From the NCBI RefSeq assembly GCF_006345805.1, contig NW_021823665.1, positions 1 through 21,276 on the forward strand: a stretch of DNA of 21,276 nucleotides, written 5' to 3'. The stretch comes from Octopus sinensis. Lineage: Eukaryota. Position 1 is the stretch's first letter; each line of letters begins with the position of its first letter. Below the pieces are notes generated by a model, which was not told the origin of the DNA, made no database searches, and worked only from the letters and a program-made list of their open reading frames with translations. This document shows positions 1-10,147 of this stretch, in pieces. The position numbers were made by a program, and so were the translations under genes.

Positions 1-78
1 TTTGATTAATAATTATTATTATTAGTCAATTAGTTAACCAATAAGTTAATTAACCTATTAATTGCATGTTTAATCTTT

Positions 79-475
79 CGTTCAGTACCAGACAGTGGCT
101 CCCGTGGCTTCTGATCTTAACTGATTGGAAGTGTTATCATGTACATTGTTTTGTCTTGGTATAAAAGATGGGCTACAGCAAATATTCTGCTTAATACCAC
201 AGATTTACTGGTCAGTTGTTTGACCTTAACCAGTTGAGCATGTCCCTTAGTGGCTGACAATATGTGCATCTCTTATCACGAGCAGAAATGGTGGGGGAGC
301 ATCATAGGCATGTGTTGATGCGCTGTTTATCTTGATATGAGATCACTATGTCGCACACATATGGTTGTGATGCATGTGTCTGGTGTACCCTTATCAGATG
401 GGTAGTGATGATGGGTATACTTTCGTATATTTTATCTCAGTATCACTTTGATGGCATGCACTGCTCTCTCACTCA
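79..475 (+). mobile_element. Dispersed repeat family D, copy 1 (non-LTR retroelement 3' end or SINE-like), with an internal deletion of about 146 bp
   Basis: Aligns by eye to 6944-7410 and 19956-20425 (aaagatgggctacagcaaatattctgc ... gatggcatgcactgctctctcactca). Followed by an (AAT)n tail. The segment equivalent to 7105-7250 is missing at junction 318/319. Confidence 0.8.
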
Positions 476-479
476 TATA

Positions 480-496
480 ATAATAATAATATAATA

Positions 497-572
<76 letters not shown>

Positions 573-579
573 GATAATA

Positions 580-646
<67 letters not shown>
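480..646. repeat. (AAT)n microsatellite, tail of family D copy 1
   Basis: Directly visible. Explains the poly-Y and poly-L ORFs at 469-682. Confidence 0.97.
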
Positions 647-647
<1 letters not shown>

Positions 648-1839
648 CGAAATAGACCTTGTGCATCTCTTTTTATTGGCAAAGTGACTCTATCTCATCA
701 TACGACATCAGTTTCAACATATGATTTAACATCGAGAACCGTGTAAAACAAATACAAAAGCCAAATACAGAAATTGTAACATTTTCGTTTATTTCTGAAT
801 AGTACTGTCTTCTATGACATGCTAAAAGGCTTTGTCGCACATCAGCAAAACTAGTGTCTGACACAATTCTATTGTATGTATTAAAAATCAATTCTGATCG
901 GGTTTTATGTACTTTGGGAGTTTTCCATTCTTTTTATTTCTTGTTTTTTTTTCCTTCTTAATTATTTTTCGATTTAAGAATGAGTGTAGTAGTGTGGCAT
1001 CACTATTTTTAAATTGTGTGTTTGTAAGTCTCTTACTGCTTTTATATACAATACCACTTCGTTTTCTTTGAATTCCTGTTTTTTCTCTTCTTTCCAATTT
1101 GCTATCTGTTATATTAATATATTTATTCTTTTTATGAAATCTCTTCGACAGGTAAACCTGTAGAAAGAATTGCAAGATGTTTGTCATAAAAACCACACAT
1201 CAATTGCAAACAAAAAAATTTAGTGTACCGTATAAGGTTTCATGAAGCATCGTGCGCAACACTCTCTGAATCTTACAAATAGAAATCACATGATTTATAC
1301 TATAGGCATATATTATAAAAATGGTTTGAGACAACATATTAATATATGGCGAAAGACAACCCCCAACTATTCATTCCTTATGAGAAATAAAATGATAATC
1401 ATAATGACTATTAAAAATGACAATAAATAAACTGATCGTAAATTGGAAGAAGAGGAAAATAAAGAAGAATTAAGTATGATAGCAATGATGAGTTCACAAG
1501 TTCACAAGTTCAAAGTTTAAAGGTCACTCATACGTTAAAGAAATATTGACCAAAATATAAAAGAATTACTTTTATAGCAAACTGACATACGTAAGACTAT
1601 CTATTCATATGCTTAAAAAGGTGTGCAATATGGGAAGGAAATAAAAAAAAAGAAGAAAAATTGAATGAAACAATATATTTGAGGTTAGAATTGGTAGAGA
1701 ATTCTCTGGGTCTGAGTTTCTACATCTATAACCTTTACATTTTATTCTGTGAAATATATTCAATGCTTTGTTTTGTATAACAAACAATGTTATACTAATA
1801 CATACTAATACATACACCAACCCTATACATACACACGTC

Positions 1840-2167
1840 CAGACCTCTCATACGCACTAATAGCTGGTCATTCAACCCTATTATCAACCCTATTATCTCC
1901 CCTTATTTCGCTCTCGCGTCTCATGTTTGATCTTTGACCTCTGGCCGAAATCAGATCGCCATGTTGATTCGTTAGTTACTGCACGCATCTTTTTTCTCTC
2001 CTTCTTTCTGTGTTTTTTTTTCTCTCTGTGTATCTTTCTGTTGAAGAGCGTAGGCTCGAAACGTTAAAGACTTGTTTTATTTATATTTCCTGAGCGCCAT
2101 ACTAATACAATTGTTTGTTTGTTTCCCACCTGCCTTCGTCTTTTGTCTATTTTCATAAAGCTTCCCG

Positions 2168-2168
<1 letters not shown>
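1840..2168 (+). mobile_element. Putative Penelope-like element terminal fragment carrying a minimal hammerhead motif
   Basis: Contains tctttctgttgaagagcgtaggctcgaaacgttaaaga in a pyrimidine-rich context and ends at a (TA)n tract. Minimal hammerheads are an established hallmark of Penelope-like element termini. Boundaries and family are inferred. Confidence 0.5.
2033..2070 (+). ncRNA. Minimal type-I hammerhead ribozyme variant (dimer type, non-canonical core)
   Basis: Stem I UCUUU(2033-37)/AAAGA(2066-70); core CUGUUGA (A6 to U) plus one extra A; stem II GAGC-guag-GCUC; GAAA; palindromic ACGU in place of stem III; GUU cleavage triplet. Confidence 0.6.
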
Positions 2169-2169
<1 letters not shown>

Positions 2170-2219
<50 letters not shown>

Positions 2220-2339
2220 TATAATTATGTTTATAATTATAGAATATTTGTATAATTTTACATAAAAAGGTTATTTTAACGTACCGAATTACTTGGTAAA
2301 ATTATTAATTATTAATTAACTACTTTTTCCCTTTTATAT

Positions 2340-2408
<69 letters not shown>

Positions 2409-2415
2409 TATATAT
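2170..2415. repeat. Two (TA)n tracts (about 2170-2216 and 2336-2415)
   Basis: Directly visible. Confidence 0.95.
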
Positions 2416-2595
2416 AGTAGGTGTGTGTGTGTGTTTCTCTCCAAAGCGTAGTCCCAAGGCAACTTTTTCTTTTGGTCCGAAGCATTTACAATTTGATCCT
2501 AATCACATCACAGGCATTACTGTTAGAACACAGTAATATCGAAAGAGATTCTGCATGATAGCTCGTACAGTGGTGTAACTATTCATACAATCTAT

Positions 2596-2750
2596 TCCCC
2601 TGGAGTAATACTTTATTTATCGACACCGAAAGGATGAAAGGCAAAGTTGATCTCTGCGCGATTTGAACTCTTGGAGAGCCGAAAGTCAGAAGCAGAACTG
2701 CGAATATTCTGCCCGATGCAATAACGACTCTGTCACTTTGTCACCTTGAA
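2596..2750 (-). mobile_element. Diverged SINE family A copy
   Basis: tttatcgacaccgaaaggatgaaaggcaaagttgatctctgcgcgatttgaactc matches the family A core seen at 15160-15250 and 17200-17260. Confidence 0.75.
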
Positions 2751-2844
2751 CAGCCCTCACCACATACATTCATATAAAGTGGTATAAGGCTTTACGTTTA
2801 CTAACTTGAAGCAGAAAAAAACAAATTTGTCCTTCTTATATGTG

Positions 2845-2975
2845 AGTGTGCATGTGTGTGTGTGTGTGTGTATGTGTGTATAAAAGAGAGCGGGAGAGAG
2901 AGAGAGATAGAAAGAGAGAGAGAGAGAGAGGGGAGAGAGAGAGAGGGAGAGAGAGAGAGAGACTGTGTTTGTGTG
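2845..2975. repeat. (GT)n plus (GA)n compound microsatellite
   Basis: Directly visible. Confidence 0.95.
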
Positions 2976-3351
2976 TTTATATATATTGAATGCCTTTTTG
3001 TCGTTTCTATATCCAAACGCGCATAAAAATCTCAAAACAATTAGTTTGCCTCTTTCAATTGTCTCTTTTGTTGCTAGTGTTATGCAAATCGTCTCCTTTC
3101 TTGTCTTATTTATTTAATTATTTATTCATTTTTCTCTCGTTTAATCAGTTTCATCCGCTTAATTCAACAAATTATTTCTTTCAATTATTTAAGTGTGCGT
3201 ACGAAACTATCTCTACTCGAAACGTGCTGCAGACAACAGTTTTATTTTGTATGTTTTAAAATTTATAAGCGACAAAAAAAAAGAAGACATTATTTATTAT
3301 CAAACAGATCAATTATTCTAATAATGAGAAATGAATTACGAAAAAACTTAC

Positions 3352-3619
3352 AATCTGCTTCTTCTTGAGCTCCACCATCGGCCATTTCTTTCAGCGCAAC
3401 TGGAACGCCCATAAACTGTAGATAGCAGTCACCATACCAGACTAGCAGTTCTGTACCTTGAGGAATATCTTTACAAGCTTCATAATAAATTTCTCTGTCT
3501 ACCTGAATGGCGATGAGATTTTGTTCCTGTGCATATCTGGCACAATTCACGTACGTCATCCAGTTCCCGGACGTTCCTCTTCCGTCAATAAAATGACTTA
3601 GTTTTCCATCTTGGAAAAC
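3352..3619 (-). CDS. PRDM14: Internal coding exon of a PR/SET-domain zinc-finger gene, PRDM14-like (C-terminal half of the PR domain)
   Basis: Acceptor tttcatttcgcAG at 3621-3620; donor GTAAGT at 3351-3346; 268 nt, phase 0 to phase 1. Encodes VFQDGKLSHFIDGRGTSGNWMTYVNCARYAQEQNLIAIQVDREIYYEACKDIPQGTELLVWYGDCYLQFMGVPVALKEMADGGAQEEAD. The SHFIDG, GNWMxYVNCAR, EQNL and ELLVWYGDCY motifs match vertebrate PRDM14 as I recall it, better than other PRDMs. The PR domain call is near certain; PRDM14 orthology is from memory. Confidence 0.88.
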
Positions 3620-3847
3620 CTGCGAAATGAAAGATGTGAAAATTATTTCCTTGTTAAACAGTGTTGAACAATATTTCATCAGTGGCGCTTTATTCTCATG
3701 ACTGAAGATACTATCTACTACGCAGTGAATGTCCGTGTGTATGATGGAATGTAATTATTATATTTTTGCTGTCGTTTTGTTATTATTTGACTTCTCATGT
3801 CATTCCTGACTGAGTAAATCTATGACCATTACTATTTTTTTTTCAGA

Positions 3848-4284
3848 TATAGGCGTAGGAGTGGCTGTGTGGTAAGTAGCTTGCTTACCAACCACATGGT
3901 TCTGGGTTCAGTCCCACCGCGTGGCACCTTGGCCAAATGTCTTCTACTATAGCCTCGGGCCCTCCAAAGCCTTGTGATTGGATTTGGTAGACGGAAACTG
4001 AAAGAAGCCTGTCGTATATATGTATATATATATATGTGTGTGTGTGTGTATATGTTTGTGTGTCTGTGTTTTTCCCCCCTCCCAACATCGCTTGACAACC
4101 GATGGTGGTGTGTTTACGTCCCCGTAACTTAGCGGTTCGGTAAAAGAACCGATAGAATAAGTACTAGGCTTACAAAGAATAAGTCCTGCGGGGGTCGATT
4201 TGCTCGACTAAAGGTGGTGCTCCAGCATGGCCACAGTCAAATGACTGAAACAAGCAAAAGAGTAAAAGAGTAAAGAGTAAGAGT
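3848..4284 (+). mobile_element. Full-length tRNA-derived SINE, family B
   Basis: Head taggcgtaggagtggctgtgtggtaagtagcttgc with A-box-like TGGCTGTGTGG and B-box-like GGTTCAGTCCC, internal (TA)/(GT) tract, tail ggtgctccagcatggccacagtcaaatgactgaaacaag(agtaaa)n. Near-identical copies at 7923-8415 and 13229-13630. Confidence 0.92.
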
Positions 4285-4779
4285 ATAGTTTATCTAATAT
4301 GTCTTCCATTTGAAAGGCGTCCAAAAGCGTGATTTACGGAATACTTGGCAGTTATTTCAAGCACGTCGTTCGACCGCAGAGAAAGTTCTCTCGACGGCTT
4401 GTTATATGTTGTTACAGACAGGATGAATTATTACAGGTATAGCCATCACAAAGACCGTAATTAGAAACCTGGAGCCAATGACAAGATTTTTGGAACCCTA
4501 GTTTGAGTACTGTCCAATAAGGTAGCTGTCCATTGGGTGTGAGACATTTTGACACTGCCGTTTTGGTTCTGCCTATTTGGCGCCGATGATTCGACGATGA
4601 CATATTTGACATTAGACGTTTTAATGCTTCTCTGGTTCTTTCCCTCTCCCTCTCTCTCTGTTTATGTGTTTGAGTATATTACTTTCTGTGTATGAGGAGA
4701 AGGAAAGCGTTCACGTCAGTCATGTTCAATTGTAATCTCTCTCTCTTTCACCATTTCGACCTATATATCTATATTTCTG

Positions 4780-4801
4780 CGCGTGCGTGTGTGCATGTGC
4801 A

Positions 4802-4890
<89 letters not shown>
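4780..4890. repeat. (GT)n microsatellite
   Basis: Directly visible. Confidence 0.97.
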
Positions 4891-4891
<1 letters not shown>

Positions 4892-5197
4892 TGTTTACCT
4901 TCAGCACCAAAAAGTAACGTTCAGTCAGCTGTGCCAAATCGTCAGAGTTCACGCACCTGCTCCCAATGGTCACTCTCGTCTTCTCCAGATCCACAGCTGG
5001 ACTTGAACTCAGCACTTTAAGCAAACGAAATATTTCTCGATTTTACATGCCGCCACTGTTTACAGCAGCGTGTTGTTCCGATCTTCTAACACTTATTGAC
5101 GGCTGAGTGGGCAGGGTTATTTGAAAATTAAGTGTTTTGGCCATGAGAACATGGCAGTGATTATATTAGATAAGAACTACTAACCTTTAGACTGGAT

Positions 5198-5543
5198 TTA
5201 AGAATGTTTTGGACAAAACATAAAAGAACCAATGGAAAAGTGCTACAACAAGCAAATATAAAGGGATCTTTACTTTCAATCATTTAAAGGAAAGGGAAAC
5301 TAAAGCACTCTGGTCACTTAGTAAGAGTACAAGGTAAACAAAACTGTTACTCGAAGGAAAGATAAATGGCAAATGCTCAATAGGAAAACCTAGAACAAAC
5401 TGGTTTGATAACATCAAGGACTGGACTAAACTATAATATAGTGAATATGTAGGTATGCTAGAGGAAAGACCCAAATGGAGATCGTTGATATTGAATCTGT
5501 TGACAGCAGACGATATCTGATGATGATGGTCAAGATGATGATG
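5198..5543 (+). mobile_element. Decayed 3' end of an RTE-clade LINE (ORF2 C-terminus plus short TGA-repeat tail)
   Basis: Translates as LRMFWTKHKRTNGKVLQQANIKGSLLSII*RKGKLKHSGHLVRVQGKQ/frameshift/LLLEGKINGKCSIGKPRTNWFDNIKDWTKL*YSEYVGMLEERPKWRSLILNLLTADDI* (stop 5518-5520). This matches the typical RTE C-terminal pattern (LRISWT..RTNEEVL, LEGK..G.R.RGRPR..W.D.IK.W, A.DR..WR). Two stops and one frameshift. Confidence 0.85.
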
Positions 5544-5594
5544 CATTTTGAGAGTGGTGATTTTGGTCAATCGCAGTACGTAAGTTATTTTTTA

Positions 5595-5720
5595 AAGTTT
5601 ATCGGTTCCTTTTGCAGAATCGCTAAGTTACAGTGATGTAAACAAACCAACGCAAGTTGTCAAGCTGTTGAAGGGGTGAGGGTTGACAAACATAGACACA
5701 AACACACACACACACACGGA
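5595..5720 (-). mobile_element. Diverged internal fragment of SINE family B
   Basis: tatcggttccttttgcagaatcgctaagttacagtgatgtaaacaaacc ... gttgtcaagc ... gacaaacatagacacaaacac is the reverse complement of the family B middle. Confidence 0.7.
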
Positions 5721-6039
5721 CCCTTCATACAGTGACTTTTTCCGATTAGTTTGCTTGAAATGTATGAACTGTAAGGATTTTCTTTTAACTAGGGACAAAG
5801 TCTGTATATTTCAGAGGAAGAGAAATGGGTGGTTGCGACATTCTTGCGCTTTCTGAATGATTAGTATTAGCATCTAAAATATTAAAAAAAAATCTTTAAG
5901 TCAAAAGGGGAGACAAAGTTTATGACTCTTTACATGGTTTCTTAGAGAAGTGGGAAGGATGTACGAAGGCATTCTTAAACCAGAGACCTGGCCTAACAAA
6001 ATGGTCTCTGCTAAGATCCCTAAGATGCCAGCAGGTAGT

Positions 6040-6450
6040 ATTAATCCGAGCAGCGGATTAAGTCTATCACCCAAGTAGGCCATAACGAGATTTGGACTCA
6101 GAGCACAAAGCGCCGGAACAAACACCGCCAGGCACCCAGTTCGATGTTCTTTCTGTTTCCGTCTACCAAATTCACTCACAAGGGTTTGGTCGGCCCGAGG
6201 CTATGGTAGAAGACACTTTCCCAAGGTGCCACGCAGTGGGACTGAACCGGAACCATGTGGTTGGTAAACAAGCTACCTACCACACTCCTGCGCCTACAAT
6301 ACAGTATAAAGTAGAAATTCTTAGCGCACCACCAACGCTAATCCAACGCACTAGATTGATACATTTTTTCGATCCCTGGACACAGAGCACAAAGAGCCAG
6401 AACAAATACTGCGAGGCATTCCAGCCTGTAAGAACTCTGTCACAACTCTG
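6040..6450 (-). mobile_element. Old family A-like SINE remnants (about 6040-6146 and 6377-6450), the first interrupted by the 6147-6321 insertion
   Basis: gatttggactcagagcacaaagcgccggaacaaacaccgccaggcac and ggacacagagcacaaagagccagaacaaatactgcgaggcatt resemble the family A head read on the plus strand (gatttgaactcagaacgtaaag...aaataccgc.a.gcatt). Confidence 0.55.
6147..6321 (+). repeat. 175-bp local duplicate of 8265-8440 (SINE B 5' part plus unique flank)
   Basis: Three substitutions and one 1-bp indel versus 8265-8440. Includes about 25 bp of non-SINE flank (caatacagtataaagtagaaattct). Confidence 0.93.
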
Positions 6451-6877
6451 TAGAACTGTAACAGCTCGGCTAGTAACAACTCTGTCAATCCGGACTATAC
6501 GTCTGTTGTTCACCGTGGTTAAATTCTCTAAAGCTATAAAATTAGGCTTAAACTTGCTGACAAGATTCGGTTACATCGGCCTAAACATGACTGATTCAAT
6601 CCTGACCTATGGTACAGTTTCAAATGATCATAGATATATTTATACTTCATTTATTGGTTGATTTATTTATTTTAATATAGGCAGTCTGTTTTAATCACTT
6701 CGCATCAAATCCCTTCTGTCCGAATGCTTCGTTGACAAAGAGGTGTCACTTGAAGCTAATCACTCTCTGTAAATATATTGCCACTTCAGCCTCCCGAGTC
6801 AAGTACAAGTATCTCCACTACCACCCAAAGAGTTCAATGAATTGGAGCTTCAAATAATCTGCTGAATTGAAATAATA

Positions 6878-6935
<58 letters not shown>

Positions 6936-6943
6936 TATAAAAA

Positions 6944-7410
6944 ATTGTTTTGTCTTGGCTACAACAAATATTCTGATCAATACCTCAGATTTGCTTGTCA
7001 GTTGCTTGACCTTAAGCAGCTGAGCATGTCCCTTAGTGGCTGACGATATGTGCATCTCTGATCACGAGCAGAAGTAGTGGGGGAGCATCATAACCATGTG
7101 TTGAGAGGGATTCTTTGGGGTTTGTATAATTCACCTTTGGAAACATGGGTTTCGTTCAACATCCTTAAACAACCCTTATTCAGGGACCTTTTGAACGGGA
7201 TGAGCTACTCAACCTGAAGAAAATTCTAATTGGCCCCACCTGTAAGGTCATGCGCTGTTTATCTTGATATGAGACCATCATGTTGCGCGCATAGGGTTGT
7301 GATGCATATGCCTGGTGTACCCTTATCAGATGGGTAGCGATTATGGGTATACTGGCCTTCGTATATTTTACTCCAGTGTCACTTTGATGGCATGCACTCC
7401 CCTCTCACTC
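6944..7410 (+). mobile_element. Dispersed repeat family D, copy 2
   Basis: Colinear with 19956-20425. Flanked by (AAT)n on both sides (6872-6937 and 7411-7470). Confidence 0.88.
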
Positions 7411-7424
7411 AATAATAATAATAT

Positions 7425-7470
<46 letters not shown>

Positions 7471-7473
<3 letters not shown>

Positions 7474-7578
7474 TCAGCAAAAAATACCTTAGGAATGAGA
7501 ACCCAGGTTTGGATTCAAAATTCTACCAGGACACCTGATGAAGGCTGGAGAGTAAATCAGCCGAAACGTTGTTGTAGC
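7471..7578 (+). mobile_element. Putative Penelope-like element fragment carrying a minimal hammerhead
   Basis: aaaaataccttaggaatgagaacccagg ... gacacctgatgaaggctggagagtaaatcagccgaaacgttgttgt, between two (AAT)n tracts. Family inferred from the hammerhead architecture. Confidence 0.55.
7530..7575 (+). ncRNA. Minimal type-I hammerhead ribozyme motif (dimer type, canonical core)
   Basis: Stem I 5' GACAC(7530-34); CUGAUGA(7535-41); extra A; stem II GGCUG(G)/(U)CAGCC; GAAA(7563-66); ACGU palindrome; GUU triplet; stem I 3' GU(U)GU with one bulged U. Confidence 0.7.
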
Positions 7579-7629
<51 letters not shown>

Positions 7630-7631
<2 letters not shown>

Positions 7632-7820
7632 TTTCAAATTTTGGTACCAGGCCAGCAATTTTGAGGGAGGGGGAAAGTCGATTACATCGACCCTAGTGCT
7701 CAACTGGTACTTACTTTATCGATTCCGAAAGGATGAAAGGCAAAGTCGACCTTGGTGGAGTTTGAACTCAGAACGTAAAGACAGACGAAATGCAAACGAT
7801 TCTGCCAGCTCGCCGCCTTA
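7630..7820 (-). mobile_element. SINE family A copy with alternative tail and internal deletion
   Basis: Reverse complement begins aaggcggcgagctggcagaatcg, has core gttctgagttcaaactccaccaaggtcgactttgcctttcatcctttcgg and tail ccctcaaaattgctggcctggtaccaaaatttgaaa. Confidence 0.85.
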
Positions 7821-7922
7821 ACACACCGCTATAATCATTAATCAGTTGATTACTGATTGTCATCATATTAATAGTACAATCAGTGAGATGTGTGGCTCTC
7901 CGTAAAACCAGCGGTCATATGA

Positions 7923-8415
<493 letters not shown>

Positions 8416-10101
8416 CAATACAGTATAAAGTAGAAATTCTCTTGAAGTTAGCAGTCAACTCACTTTCCTCTTTGTTGTTTGTCATCATATCAATTGACTG
8501 TTCCCCAAAATATACAGTCAACTCCCTGTTTTCCTAGCATTAGCTGTTAGCTAACTATCGCCACACCATAACTAACAGTTATTTCACTGTCCTCTCAAAA
8601 GCCAAATTCAGTCAGCTGTGTGTCTTCCCATCAGTAGTAGCAATCAGCACGTTGTCTTTATCTCAAAGCTAGCAGTCAGCCATTGATGCCCACCTCATCA
8701 CTAACACTTTATAAACAGTTACAATTTATCATGGTTGCCCGGTGTTTTGCCCAATTAGTTGTTTACACTAGGGTCACTGTCGATTAGTTGACCGACCCCC
8801 TGAATTAACAAGATCAGTCACAGAAAACGAAATACGAAAGCAAGGCGAATTCAAATCACGATAGCAAATACTTCGATCCAAATAATATCGATCGGTTTCC
8901 TTCAATCAAGGCTTTGTTTCCTTTTCCTTTTATTAATGAACATCAATAACTGCAGTTTGGCCAAAATATCAATTAATGACACGTTACTCAAATATTAATG
9001 AATGATATTCAAATCATGAAGAAAAAAACCACGAAGTAAAGATCAACAAATATTCAGTAGAATGGATAAATATTTAAATTATGTCGCTGCAAACAGGGTT
9101 GGTAAGTGTGATTTTCGTCAAAATGGCTAACTAATTATCATTTAGAAGTCACTAAGAATAATGAAGACAATCGGGTGTTTATTATATGAAAGAAAGAAAG
9201 GAAAAGGACACACTGTTAACGGAGTGTGATTTGCATAAATTTTGTGCCCACTAGTGACGAAAATGCAAACTATTGGCTGTTCGTGTTATGGAAATTGTTA
9301 AACGTAGTTTAGTGTCACTAAACCTTGTTATGACTCATAGCGAATGTCGTCTGCTCGACAATGGACAAATGTTAGAGTGAAACTTGCAGTTTCGATTAGA
9401 ATCATTTCTTTTCCTGTTTTCCCTACTCAGATAAAAATACTAAACTCAAATAAAAATAAAGAATAAAAGTTCAATATATATATATATGGGAAATAAAATA
9501 GAAAGAAAGAAAAGTAAGAAGATGGAAAGGCGAAAGAGGCGTTAAAGAAATAAAGGTAAAAATGAAGCGAAATCAGGAAATTAAAGAAAATAAATGTAGA
9601 TGTATAGAGTGATAGATAAAGACACGAGAAGAGAGAACAGTGAGAAGGATGAGAAATAAATGGGAAAGAGGAAAAATGAAGAAAATAAATGAAAGAAGGA
9701 AAGGAAAAGAATGGAATATTCTATGTGTGGTGTATGTTTAACAAGCTTTTTGAATAAAAATCAGCTTGGTGACGGCAGTGTCCAAATAGCAAACACTATT
9801 GTTCTATTAGCTCCCTTGAATTTCACTCGTTGGCCAAGTGCACAGTGCATAATGAAAGAAGACGAGAAGCGTAATGTACACAAATGTTGCTAGATGGAGT
9901 CGTTGTGGGCATTGCCTTTAAGATGGAGACCAGATGCTGGCGCACACACGACCGCTTCTTAGCCAGAAAACATTTCTTTCACTAACAACTCCTTAATCTG
10001 TAAAGTTATCGACCGCTCCAAGTTAGGAGTCAGACTGTTCTAAAACTTCCATTCAATTCAGATGATGTAAGAAGAATAAGAAAGAAGCCAAAAAGAAGAC
10101 T

Positions 10102-10147
10102 ACAGATGGTGGTGGTCGTGGAGGGAGTAAGGCCACGAAATGTGACA
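10102..10147 (+). repeat. 46-bp exact direct repeat, copy 1 (copy 2 at 12493-12538)
   Basis: acagatggtggtggtcgtggagggagtaaggccacgaaatgtgaca is identical at both sites; the flanks are unrelated. Confidence 0.95.

Noticed and set aside
3290-3679. The 129-aa ORF as a complete gene starting MKYCST
   Set aside because: The first and last 20 residues are intronic read-through beyond canonical splice sites. Only 3352-3619 is homologous to the PR domain.
3640-3686. CUGAUGA ... GAAA on the minus strand just upstream of the exon acceptor
   Set aside because: No stem II adjacent to the core and no stem I or stem III pairing. Chance match.
4412-4612. Minus-strand ORF with faint RTE reverse-transcriptase resemblance (RRQIGRTKTAVSK, KSCHW..NYG)
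   Set aside because: Similarity is too weak to call by eye. It may be an old repeat and needs a profile search.
6092-6661. 189-aa plus-strand ORF
   Set aside because: Runs through SINE remnants and the duplicated segment. No recognisable protein.
2033-7575. The two minimal hammerheads forming a hetero double-hammerhead via their shared ACGU
   Set aside because: In a double hammerhead, stem I also forms between the partners. UCUUU cannot pair with GUUGU, nor GACAC with AAAGA.
9711-9893. CGVCLTSF..L resembling a C2H2 zinc-finger start
   Set aside because: No histidine pair, and it is on the opposite strand to the PRDM exon.
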